From Eledone cirrhosa (lineage: Eukaryota): a stretch of 64,000 nucleotides of DNA. The number at the start of each line of letters is the position of its first letter. Position 1 is the first letter of the stretch. The notes under the pieces were generated by a model. It did not search any database and was not told the origin of the DNA. It worked only from the letters and a program-made list of their open reading frames with translations. This document shows positions 37,723-51,800 of the stretch, piece by piece. Both the position numbers and the translations under genes were made by a program. The stretch is from the NCBI GenBank assembly GCA_964016885.1, contig OZ024742.1, positions 221,154,001-221,218,000 of the forward strand, written 5' to 3'.

Positions 37723-39861
37723 CGCTCTATTTTGGTGGGAAATAATTATCTTTCCTTGTTTTTTCTGAACCTTAAAGATTTAACCCTTTTTTGTTTGTTT
37801 GTATCCCTACATAACATCTAGCTATATTTGAGAGAAATTTGTTTACTATATCGCCAGCTGATGGAGACTCATTACATAGTGACTTTTCTCTATGGCTCAT
37901 TAACCTACGTATCAACAAGTCCTGCACATCTAATCGAATTATTTCCCTATTACAAATTGTATGCGTCATTTGAAAAAAATTATCTTCTCTCAATATACTT
38001 GTTCTTATGAAAAAGAAAAGAAAAGAAAAGTCCTTTTGAATACAATTTGAAATCATTTGTGATACTATAACATAATATAACATTTATACAGTATATATAG
38101 TTAATTTGTTAATATGTGTTTGGTGTGGGAGCTTAGCCGTGTGGTTACTTCGTTTATACTTAAGAACTATCCAAATGTTTTCAAAGCTAACGACTACTGG
38201 CGCTGTCTCGTACATTCATTTTTGTCCCTTAAACAAATTTATCACCACCATCGTCACAAATTATTTTATTTTCAACAACTCACCACTTCAATATTTTCTG
38301 TGTATCGATAAGGCGTCAGATAACGATTTGCGGTATAGTTATCTCCCTTTACGTTTTGATTTCAAATGCAGTCTAGGTTAAGCTTTACCTTTCATCCTTA
38401 CAGAGTCGATAAAATAAAGTATCGGTAACTCACTAGCGTCGATTTAATCGATTTCCTCACAAAAATGTTGGTCTTGTACCTAAATCAGAAACCATTATTA
38501 TTTTAAAATGAGTTCAAATCAGCCAAGATCAGCTTTGCTTTTCATCCTTCCGGGACCAATTAAGTAAAGTACAAGTTATGAACTGGTTTGACATTATCGA
38601 ACTTCCCCTTCAAATTACAGGCCTTGTGTCTAAACTAGAAGGGGTGCAGCCCAAACACTGCCCTGCCCTATGCCCAGAGCCCATCACCCTCTCCTTCTTC
38701 TGTGGTCAAAAGTCTTTGCTTTTTTCCTTCTTTTCCTCTTAACTATGGCATTTATAGTCCTTTCCTCTACTTTCCCATACAACTAGATCTGCCCTTTTTT
38801 TTACCCCTTCCCTTTTTTCTCATTACTTTTGTTTTTATCTTTCCTTTTCATATTTCCATCATTGTATAACTTATTTTTTATTTGTATATAAATATTTGTG
38901 TATTATTGGTGCTCTATACAGAATATATTAATCTCTAATCCCAAAATTATATGTTAGCATATAAAAAGAATGTTCTAGTTTATTTCTATAGTGACTTGAT
39001 TTTTGCAATTCTACTGTTTGTTTGTGTGTGTCTGTATGTGGTAATGGTGTTCTGCTCTTGATTGTAAGATCATGAGTTCAATTCCCTGTGATATGTGTCC
39101 TTGTACAAGATACTTTATTTAACGCTGCTCCACCTGGCAAAATCAAGTTGTACTTGTCATTCAAAGGGCCCCATCACACTGAATCTCCCTGAGAGCTATG
39201 TTAACAGCACACGTGTCCATGGATTACTCAGCTACTTGCATGTTAATTTCATCTGCAGGCTGTTCCGTTGGTCGAACAGTTGGAGCACCCATCGTCGGAA
39301 CCGACAGAGGCCCAACAGCAGCAATAGTGCATGTGTGTGTGTGTGTGTGTGTAATGCCTGGCTCTTTATTGATTTGTTACTTTTGTAAACCATAAACATA
39401 TGATTTGATACACACCATATGCTTGTTGCTTGAACATGACAAAACGAAGGGAGCCATCAATATTATAAAAATAGTCATTATTCTTGGGATAAATCCAAAT
39501 GTGATACGACAACGTAATTTCATTCGGCTCTGATAAACTAGCTAGCACTGTGCCACCAAAAATGATGGCTAATTGTAGTATTTTGTTTAATAAGACAACA
39601 GAAAGCCGGAACAAATTCCATAAAGCTTTCTATCCGACGTTCTAATGACTCTGCCAATTCACTGCTTTTATCTATATATTTATATGTATGAGTATAAAAT
39701 ATAAACACACAAACACATACACTCATACAAATATAGATATGTTCACACAAACACATATTCATATTCACATGCATACATTCACACAAGTGATATAAACACA
39801 TAAAAACTAACATCATCATCATCATCGTTTAAAATCTATCTTCCACGCTAGCAGAAAGCCG
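37718..39861 (+). repeat. amplified unit copy 3, unique part
   Basis: Lacks the roughly 0.87-kb segment containing the type A gene (junction CTGAACC|TTAAAGATTT) and has a further deletion of about 300 bp near 39592. Confidence 0.9.
38122..38223 (+). ncRNA. vault RNA-like gene, type C (B-related, copy 1)
   Basis: Sequence GGTGTGGGAGCTTAGCCGTGTGGTTACTTCG, a diverged loop, then CGACTACTGGCGCTGTCTCGTACATTCATTTTT. The C>T change keeps pairing as G-U. Confidence 0.75.
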
Positions 39862-42800
39862 GTAATATCACTTTAGAGTATTGGGTGCATCTTATTGTGG
39901 CACCAGTAATATCACTTTACACGAGTATTGGGTGCATCTTATTGTGGCACCAGTAATATCACTTAAGAGTATTGGGTGCATCTTATTGTGGGCACCAGTA
40001 ATATCACTTTACAGAGTATTGTGTGCATCTTATTGTGGCACCAGTAATATCACTTTACGAGAGTATCGGGTGCATCTTATATGTGACACCAGTAATATCA
40101 CTTTACGAGAGTATTGGGTGCATCTTATTGTGGAACCAGTAATATCACTTTACAGAGTATTGGGTGCATCTTATTGTGGCACCAGTAATATCACTTTACG
40201 AGAGTATTGGGTGCATCTTATATGTGCCACCAGTAATATCACTTTACAGACTATTAGGTGCATCTTATTGTGGCACCAGTAATATCACTTTAGAGTATTG
40301 GGTGCATCTTATTGTGGCACCAGTAATATCACTTTAGAGTATTGGGAGCATCTTATTGTGGCATCAGTAATATCACATTACAGAGTATTGGGAGCATCTT
40401 ATTGTGGCACCAGTAATATCACTTTACAGAGGATTGGGTGCATCTTATTGTGGCACCAGTAATATCACTTTAGAGTATTGGGTGCATCTTATTGTGGCAC
40501 CAGTAATATCACTTTAGAGTATTGGGTGCATCTTATTGTGGCATCAGTAATATCACTTTACAGAGTATTGGGAGCATCTTATTGTGACACCAGTAATATC
40601 ACTTTACAGAGGATTGGGTGCATCTTATTTTGATACCAGTAATATCACTTTACAGAGTATTGGGTGCATCTTATTTTGGCACCAGCAATATCACTTTACG
40701 AGAGTATTGGGTGCATCTTATTGTGGCACCAGTAATATCACTTTACGAGAGTATTGGGTGCATCTTATTGTGGCACCAGTAATATCACTTTACAGAGGAT
40801 TGGGTGCATCTTATTTTGATACCAGTAATATCACTTTACAGAGTATTGGGTGCATCTTATTTTGGCACCAGTAATATCACTTTACAGAGTATCGGGTGCA
40901 TCTTATTGTGACACCAGTAATATCACTTTACAAGAGTATTGGGTGCATCTTATATGTGACACCAGTAATATCACTTTAGAGTATTGGTTGCTTCTTATTG
41001 TGGCACCAGTAATATCACTTTACAGAGTATTGAGTGCCTCTTATTGTGGCACCAGTAATATCACTTTACAGAGGATTGGGTGCATCTTATTTTGATACCA
41101 GTAATATCACTTTACGAGAGTATTGGGTGCATCTTATTGTGGCACCAGTAATATCACTTTACAGAGTATTGGGTGCATCTTATTGTGGCACCAGTAATAT
41201 CACCTTACGAGAGTATTGGGTGCATTTATATGTGACACCAGTAATATCACTTTAGAGTATTGGTTGCTTCTTATTCTTGCACCAGTAATATCACTTTACA
41301 GAGTATTGAGTGCCTCTTATTGTGGCACCAGTAATATCACTTTACAGAGGATTGGGTGCATCTTATTTTGATACCAGTAATATCACTTTACGAGAGTCTT
41401 GGGTGCATCTTATATGTGACGCCAGTAATATCACTTTACAGAGTATTGGGTGCATCTTATTGTGGCACCAGTAATATCACTTTACAGAGTATTGGTTGCT
41501 TCTTATTTTGGCACCAGTAATATCACTTTACGAGAGTATTGGGTGCATCTTATTGTGGCACCAGCAATATCACTTTACAGAGTATTGAGTGCATCTTATT
41601 GTGGCACCAGTAATATCACTTTACAGAGTATTGGGTGCATCTTATTGTGGGACCAGTAATATCACTTTACATAGTATTGGGTGCATCTTATTTTGGCACC
41701 AGTAATATCTCTTTACAGAGTATTGAGTGCATCTTATTGTGGCACCAGTAATATCACTTTACAAGAGTATTGGGTGCATCTTATTGTGGCACCAGCAATA
41801 TCACTTTACAGAGTATTGGGTGCTTCTTATTGTGGCACCAGTAAAATCACTTAACGAGTCTATCAGGTGCATCTTATTGTGGCACCAGCAATACCACTTT
41901 ACAGAGAATTGGGTGCCTCTTATTGTGGGACCAGTAATATCATTTACAGGGGATTGGGTGCATCTTATTGTGGCACCAGTAATATCACTTTACAGGACTA
42001 TTGGGAGCATCTTATTGTGGCACCAGTAATATCACTTTACGAGACTATTGGGTGCATCTTATTGTGGCACCCATAATATCACTTTACAGAGTATTAGGTG
42101 CACCTTATTGTGGCACCAGTAATATCACTTTACAGAGTATTGGGAGCATCTTATTGTGGCATCAGTAATATCACTTTACAGAGTATTGGGTGCATCTTAT
42201 TGTGGCACCAGTAATATCACTTAACGAGTCTATCAGGTGCATCTTATTGTTGCACCAGTAATATCACTTTACAGAGTATTGGGAGCATTTTATGTTGCAC
42301 CAGCAATACCACTTTACATAGAATTGGGTGCATCTTATTGTGGCACCAGTAATATCACTTTAAGAGAGTATTGAGAGCATCTTATTTTGGCACCAGTAAT
42401 ATCACTTTACAGAGTACGAGGTGCATCTTATTGTGTCATCAGTAATATCACTTTACAGAGTATTGGGTGCATCTTATTGTGGCATCAGCAATATCACTTT
42501 ACATGACTATTGGGAGCATGTTATTGTGGGACCAGTAATATCACTTTACGAGAGTATTGGGTGCATCTTATTGTGGCACCAGTAATATCACTTTATAGAG
42601 AATCGGGTGCATCTTATTGTGGCACCAGTAATATCACTTTACAGAGGATTGGGTGCATCTTATTATGGCACCAGTAATATCACTTTACAGAGTATTGGGT
42701 GCATCTTATTGTGAAACCAGTAATATCACTCTACGAGAGTATTGGGTGCATTTTATTGTGGCACCAGTAATATCACTTTACAGAGTATTGGGTGCATCTT

Positions 42801-45800
42801 ATTGTGGCACCAGTAATATCACTTTAGAGTATTGGGAGCATCTTATTGTGGCATCAGTAATATCACTTTACAGAGTATTGGGAGCATCTTATTGTGGCAC
42901 CAGTAATATCACTTTACAGAGGATTGGGTGCATCTTATTTTGATACCAGTAATATCACTTTACAGAGTATTGGGTGCATCTTATTTTGGGACCAGCAATA
43001 TCACTTTACGAGAGTATTGGGTGCATCTTATTGTGGCACCAGTAATATCACTTTACGAGAGTATTGGGTGCATCTTATTGTGGCACCAGTAATATCACTT
43101 TACAGAGTATTGGGAGCATCTTATTTTGATACCAGTAATATCACTTTACAGAGTATTGGGAGCATCTTATTTTGGCACCAGCAATATCACTTTACAGAGT
43201 ATTGGGTGCATCTTATTGTGGCACCAGTAATATCACTTTACAGAGTATTGGGTGCATCTTCTTGTGGCACCAGTAATATCACTTTACAAGAGTATTGGGT
43301 GCATCTTATATGTGACACCAGTAATATCACTTTAGAGTATTGGTTGCTTCTTATTGTGGCACCAGTAATATCACTTTACAGAGTATTGAGTGCCTCTTAT
43401 TGTGGCACCAGTAATATCACTTTACAGAGGATTGGGTGCATCTTATTTTGATACCAGTAATATCACTTTACAGAGTATTGGGTGCATCTTATTTTGGCAC
43501 CAGCAATATCACTTTACGAGAGTATTGGGTGCATCTTATTGTGGCACCAGTAATATCACTTTACGAGAGTATTGGGTGCATCTTATTGTGGCACCAGTAA
43601 TATCACTTTACAGAGTATTGGGAGCATCTTATTTTGATACCAGTAATATCACTTTACAGAGTATTGGGAGCATCTTATTTTGGCACCAGCAATATCACTT
43701 TACAGAGTATTGGGTGCATCTTATTGTGGCACCAGTAATATCACTTTACAGAGTATTGGGTGCATCTTCTTGTGGCACCAGTAATATCACTTTACAAGAG
43801 TATTGGGTGCATCTTATATGTGACACCAGTAATATCACTTTAGAGTATTGGTTGCTTCTTCTTGTGGCACCAGTAATATCACTTTACAGAGTATTGAGTG
43901 CCTCTTATTGTGGCACCAGTAATATCACTTTACAGAGGATTGGGTCCATCTTATTTTGATACCAGTAATATCACTTTACGAGAGTATTGGGTGCATCTTA
44001 TTGTGGCACCAGTAATATCACTTTACAGAGTATTGGGTGCATCTTATTGTGGCACCAGTAATATCACTTTACGAGAGTATTGGGTGCATTTATATGTGAC
44101 ACCAGTAATATCACTTTAGAGTATTGGTTGCTTCTTATTGTCGCACCAGTAATATCACTTTACAGAGTATTGGGTGCATCTTATATGTGACACCAGTAAT
44201 ATCACTTTACAGAGTATTGGGTGCATCTTATTGTGGCACCAACAATATCACTTTACAGAGTATTGAGTGCATCTTATTGTGGCACCAGTAATATCACTTT
44301 ACAGAGTATTGGGTGCATCTTATTGTGGGACCAGTAATATCACTTTACATAGTATTGGGTGCATCTTATCTTGGCACCAGTAATATCACTTTACAGAGTA
44401 TTGAGTGCATCTTATTGTGGCACCAGTAATATCACTTTACAAGAGTATTGGGTGCATCTTAGTGTGGCACCAGCAATATCACTTTACAGAGTATTGGGTG
44501 CATCTTATTGTGGCACCAGTAAAATCACTTAACGAGTCTATCAGGTGCATCTTATTGTGGCACCAGTAATATCACTTTACAGAGTATTGGGAGCATCTTA
44601 TTGTGGCACCAGCAATACCACTTTACAGAGAATTGGGTGCCTCTTATTGTGGGACCAGTAATATCACTTTACAGGGGATTGGGTGCATCTTATTGTGGAA
44701 CCAGTAATATCACTTTACAGGACTATTGGGAGCATCTTATTGTGGCACCAGTAATATCACTTTACGAAACTATTGGGTGCATCTTATTGTGGCACCCATA
44801 ATATCACTTTACAGAGTATTAGGTGCACCTTATTGTGGCACCAGTAATATCACTTTACAGAGTATTGTGAGCATCTTATTGTGGCATCAGTAATATCACT
44901 TTACAGAGTATTGGGTACATCTTATTGTGGCACCAGCAATATCACTTTACAGGGTATTGGGTGCATCTTATTGTGGCGCCAGTAATATCTCTTAATGAGA
45001 CTATAGGGTGCATCTTATTGTGGGACCAGCAATATCACTTTACAGAGTATTGGGTGCATCTTATTGTGGCACCAGTAATATCACTTAATGAGACTATAGG
45101 GTGCATCTTATTGTGGCACCAGTAATATCACTATACAGAGTATTGGGTGCATCTTATTGTGGCATCAGTAATGCCACTTTACAGAGTATTGGGTGCATCT
45201 TATTGTGGCACCAGTAATATCCCTTTACAGAGTATAGGGTGCATCTTATTGTGTCACCAGTAATATCACTTTACGAGAGTATTGGGTGCATCTTATTGTG
45301 GCACCAGTAATATCACTTTACAGAGTATTGGGTGCATCTTATTGTGGCACCAGTAAGCTCACTTTGCAGAGTATTGGGTGCACCTTATTGTGGCACCAGC
45401 AATATCACTTTACAGAGTATTGGGTGCATCTTATTGTGGCACCAGTAATATCACTTTACAGAGTATTGGGTGCATCTTATTGTGGCACCAGTAACTTCAC
45501 TTTAGAATATTGGGTGCATCTTATTGTGGCACCAGTAATATCACTTTACAGAGGATTGGGTGCATCTTATTGTGGCACCAGCAATATCACTTTACAGAGT
45601 ATTGGGTGCATCTTATTTTGGCACCAGTAATATCACTTTACGAGAGTATTGGGAGCATCTTATTGTGGCACCAGCAATATCACTTTACAGAGTATTGGGT
45701 GCATCTTATTTTGGCACCAGTAATATCACTTTACGAGAGTATTGGGAGCATCTTATTGTGGCACCAGTAATATCACTTTACGAGAGTATTGAGTGCATCT

Positions 45801-48800
45801 TATTGTGGGACCAGTGATATCACTTTACAGAGTATTGGGTGCATCTTATTGTGGCACCAGCAATATCACTTTACAGAGTATTGGGTGCATCTTATTGTGG
45901 CACCAGTAAAATCACTTAACGAGTCTATCAGGTGCATCTTACTGTGGCACCAGTAATATCACTTTACAGAGTATTGGGAGCATCTTATTGTGGCACCAGC
46001 AATACCACTTTACAGAGAATTGGGTGCCTCTTATTGTGGGACCAGTAATATCACTTTACAGGGGATTGGGTGCATCTTATTGTGGCACCAGTAATATCAC
46101 TTTACAGGACTATTGGGAGCATCTTATTGTGGCACCAGTAATATCACTTTACGAGACTATTGGGTGCATCTTATTCTGGCACCCATAATATCACTTTACA
46201 GAGTATTAGGTGCACCTTATTGTGGTACCAGTAATATCACTTTACAGAGTATTGGGAGCATCTTATTGTGGCATCAGTAATATCACTTTACAGAGTATTG
46301 GGTGCATCTTATTGTGGCACCAGTAATATCACTTCACAGAGTATTGGGTGCATCTTATTGTGGCGCCAGTAATATCTCTTAATGAGACTATAGGGTGCAT
46401 CTTATTGTGGGACCAGCAATATCACTTTACAGAGTATTGGGTGCATCTTATTGTGGCACCAGTAATATCACTTAATGAGACTATAGGGTGCATCTTATTG
46501 TGGCACCAGTAATATCACTTTACAGAGTATTGTGTGCATCTTATTGTGGCATCAGTAATGCCACTTTACAGAGTATTGGGTGCATCTTATTGTGGCACCA
46601 GAAATATCCCTTTACAGAGTATAGGGTGCATCTTATTGTGTCACCAGTAATATCAATTTACGAGAGTATTGGGTGCATCTTATTGTGGCACCAGTAACAT
46701 CACTTTACAGAGTATTGGGTGCATCTTATTGTGGCACCAGTAAGCTCACTTTACAGAGTATTGGGTGCACCTTATTGTGGCACCAGCAATATCACTTTAC
46801 AGAGTATTGGGTGCATCTTATTGTGGCACCAGTAATATCACTTTACAGAGTATTGGGTGCATCTTATTGTGGCAACAGTAACTTCACTTTAGAATATTGG
46901 GTGCATCTTATTGTGGCACCAGTAATATCACTTTACAGAGGAATGTGGTGCATCTTATTGTGCCACCAGCAATATCACTTTACAGAGTATTGGGTGCATC
47001 TTATTTTGGCACCAGTAATATCACTTTACGAGAGTATTGGGTGCATCTTATTGTGGCACCAGCAATATCACTTTACAGAGTATTGGGTGCATCTTATTTT
47101 GGCACCAGTAATATCACTTTACGAGAGTATTGGGAGCATCTTATTGTGGCACCAGTAATATCAAATTACGAGAGTATTGAGTGCATCTTATTGTGGCACC
47201 AGTAATATCACTTTACAGAGTATTGGGTGCATCTTATTGTGGCACCAGTAATATCATTTTACGAGAGTATTGGGTGCATCTTATTGTGGCACCAGTAATA
47301 TCACTTTACAGAGTATTGGGTGCATCTTATTGTGGCACCAGTAATATCACTTTACGAGAGTATTGGGTGCATCTTATTGTGGCACCAGTAATATCCCTTC
47401 ATAGAGAATTGGGTGCATCCTATTGTGACACCAGTAATATCGCTTTACAGAGGATTGGGTGCATCTTATTGTGGCACCAGCAATATCACTTTACAGAGTA
47501 TTGGGTGCATCTTATTGTGGCACCAGTAATATCACTTTAAGAGAGTATTGAGAGCATCTTATTATGGCACCAGTAATATCACTTTACAGAGTACGAGGTG
47601 CATCTTATTGTGTCATCAGTAATATCACTTTACAGAGTATTGGGTGCATCTTATTGTGGCATCAGCAATATCACTTTACATGACTATTGGGAGCATGTTA
47701 TTGTGGCACCAGTAATATCACTTTACGAGAGTATTGGGTGCATCTTATTGTGGCACCAGTAATATCACTTTATAGAGAATCGGGTGCATCTTATTGTGGC
47801 ACCAGTAATATCACTTTACAGAGGATTGGGTGCATCTTATTATGGCACCAGTAATATCACTTTACAGAGTATTGGGTGCATCTTATTGTGGCACCAGTAA
47901 TATCACTTTACAGAGTATTGGGTGCATCTTATTGTGGCACCAGTAATATCACTTTACAGAGGATTGGGTGCCTCTAATTGTGGCACCAGTAATATCACTT
48001 TACAGAGGATTGGATGCATCTTATTGTGGCACCAGTAATATCAATTTACAGAGTATTGGGTGCCTCTAATTGTGGGACCAGTAATATCACTTTACAGAGG
48101 ATTGGGTGCATCTTATTGTGGCACCAGTAATATCACTTTACAGAGTATTGGGTGCATCTTATTGTGGCACCAGTAATATCACTTTACAGAGTATTGGGTG
48201 CATCTTCTTGTGGCACCAGTAATATCACTTTACAAGAGTATTGGGTGCATCTTATATGTGACACCAGTAATATCACTTTAGAGTATTGGTTGCTTCTTCT
48301 TGTGGCACCAGTAATATCACTTTACAGAGTATTGAGTGCCTCTTATTGTGGCACCAGTAATATCACTTTACAGAGGATTGGGTCCATCTTATTTTGATAC
48401 CAGTAATATCACTTTACGAGAGTATTGGGTGCATCTTATTGTGGCACCAGTAATATCACTTTACAGAGTATTGGGTGCATCTTATTGTGGCACCAGTAAT
48501 ATCACTTTACGAGAGTATTGGGTGCATTTATATGTGACACCAGTAATATCACTTTAGAGTATTGGTTGCTTCTTATTGTCGCACCAGTAATATCACTTTA
48601 CAGAGTATTGGGTGCATCTTATATGTGACACCAGTAATATCACTTTACAGAGTATTGGGTGCATCTTATTGTGGCACCAACAATATCACTTTACAGAGTA
48701 TTGAGTGCATCTTATTGTGGCACCAGTAATATCACTTTACAGAGTATTGGGTGCATCTTATTGTGGGACCAGTAATATCACTTTACATAGTATTGGGTGC

Positions 48801-51800
48801 ATCTTATCTTGGCACCAGTAATATCACTTTACAGAGTATTGAGTGCATCTTATTGTGGCACCAGTAATATCACTTTACAAGAGTATTGGGTGCATCTTAG
48901 TGTGGCACCAGCAATATCACTTTACAGAGTATTGGGTGCATCTTATTGTGGCACCAGTAAAATCACTTAACGAGTCTATCAGGTGCATCTTATTGTGGCA
49001 CCAGTAATATCACTTTACAGAGTATTGGGAGCATCTTATTGTGGCACCAGCAATACCACTTTACAGAGAATTGGGTGCCTCTTATTGTGGGACCAGTAAT
49101 ATCACTTTACAGGGGATTGGGTGCATCTTATTGTGGAACCAGTAATATCACTTTACAGGACTATTGGGAGCATCTTATTGTGGCACCAGTAATATCACTT
49201 TACGAAACTATTGGGTGCATCTTATTGTGGCACCCATAATATCACTTTACAGAGTATTAGGTGCACCTTATTGTGGCACCAGTAATATCACTTTACAGAG
49301 TATTGTGAGCATCTTATTGTGGCATCAGTAATATCACTTTACAGAGTATTGGGTACATCTTATTGTGGCACCAGCAATATCACTTTACAGGGTATTGGGT
49401 GCATCTTATTGTGGCGCCAGTAATATCTCTTAATGAGACTATAGGGTGCATCTTATTGTGGGACCAGCAATATCACTTTACAGAGTATTGGGTGCATCTT
49501 ATTGTGGCACCAGTAATATCACTTAATGAGACTATAGGGTGCATCTTATTGTGGCACCAGTAATATCACTTTACAGAGTATTGGGTGCATCTTATTGTGG
49601 CATCAGTAATGCCACTTTACAGAGTATTGGGTGCATCTTATTGTGGCACCAGTAATATCCCTTTACAGAGTATAGGGTGCATCTTATTGTGTCACCAGTA
49701 ATATCACTTTACGAGAGTATTGGGTGCATCTTATTGTGGCACCAGTAATATCACTTTACAGAGTATTGGGTGCATCTTATTGTGGCACCAGTAAGCTCAC
49801 TTTGCAGAGTATTGGGTGCACCTTATTGTGGCACCAGCAATATCACTTTACAGAGTATTGGGTGCATCTTATTGTGGCACCAGTAATATCACTTTACAGA
49901 GTATTGGGTGCATCTTATTGTGGCACCAGTAACTTCACTTTAGAATATTGGGTGCATCTTATTGTGGCACCAGTAATATCACTTTACAGAGGATTGGGTG
50001 CATCTTATTGTGGCACCAGCAATATCACTTTACAGAGTATTGGGTGCATCTTATTTTGGCACCAGTAATATCACTTTACGAGAGTATTGGGAGCATCTTA
50101 TTGTGGCACCAGCAATATCACTTTACAGAGTATTGGGTGCATCTTATTTTGGCACCAGTAATATCACTTTACGAGAGTATTGGGAGCATCTTATTGTGGC
50201 ACCAGTAATATCACTTTACGAGAGTATTGAGTGCATCTTATTGTGGGACCAGTGATATCACTTTACAGAGTATTGGGTGCATCTTATTGTGGCACCAGCA
50301 ATATCACTTTACAGAGTATTGGGTGCATCTTATTGTGGCACCAGTAAAATCACTTAACGAGTCTATCAGGTGCATCTTACTGTGGCACCAGTAATATCAC
50401 TTTACAGAGTATTGGGAGCATCTTATTGTGGCACCAGCAATACCACTTTACAGAGAATTGGGTGCCTCTTATTGTGGGACCAGTAATATCACTTTACAGG
50501 GGATTGGGTGCATCTTATTGTGGCACCAGTAATATCACTTTACAGGACTATTGGGAGCATCTTATTGTGGCACCAGTAATATCACTTTACGAGACTATTG
50601 GGTGCATCTTATTCTGGCACCCATAATATCACTTTACAGAGTATTAGGTGCACCTTATTGTGGTACCAGTAATATCACTTTACAGAGTATTGGGAGCATC
50701 TTATTGTGGCATCAGTAATATCACTTTACAGAGTATTGGGTGCATCTTATTGTGGCACCAGTAATATCACTTCACAGAGTATTGGGTGCATCTTATTGTG
50801 GCGCCAGTAATATCTCTTAATGAGACTATAGGGTGCATCTTATTGTGGGTCCAGCAATATCACTTTACAGAGTATTGGGTGCATCTTATTGTGGCACCAG
50901 TAATATCACTTAATGAGACTATAGGGTGCATCTTATTGTGGCACCAGTAATATCACTTTACAGAGTATTGTGTGCATCTTATTGTGGCATCAGTAATGCC
51001 ACTTTACAGAGTATTGGGTGCATCTTATTGTGGCACCAGAAATATCCCTTTACAGAGTATAGGGTGCATCTTATTGTGTCACCAGTAATATCAATTTACG
51101 AGAGTATTGGGTGCATCTTATTGTGGCACCAGTAACATCACTTTACAGAGTATTGGGTGCATCTTATTGTGGCACCAGTAAGCTCACTTTACAGAGTATT
51201 GGGTGCACCTTATTGTGGCACCAGCAATATCACTTTACAGAGTATTGGGTGCATCTTATTGTGGCACCAGTAATATCACTTTACAGAGTATTGGGTGCAT
51301 CTTATTGTGGCAACAGTAACTTCACTTTAGAATATTGGGTGCATCTTATTGTGGCACCAGTAATATCACTTTACAGAGGAATGTGGTGCATCTTATTGTG
51401 CCACCAGCAATATCACTTTACAGAGTATTGGGTGCATCTTATTTTGGCACCAGTAATATCACTTTACGAGAGTATTGGGTGCATCTTATTGTGGCACCAG
51501 CAATATCACTTTACAGAGTATTGGGTGCATCTTATTTTGGCACCAGTAATATCACTTTACGAGAGTATTGGGAGCATCTTATTGTGGCACCAGTAATATC
51601 AAATTACGAGAGTATTGAGTGCATCTTATTGTGGCACCAGTAATATCACTTTACAGAGTATTGGGTGCATCTTATTGTGGCACCAGTAATATCATTTTAC
51701 GAGAGTAATGGGTGCATCTTATTGTGGCACCAGTAATATCACTTTACAGAGTATTGGGTGCATCTTATTGTGGCACCAGTAATATCACTTTACGAGAGTA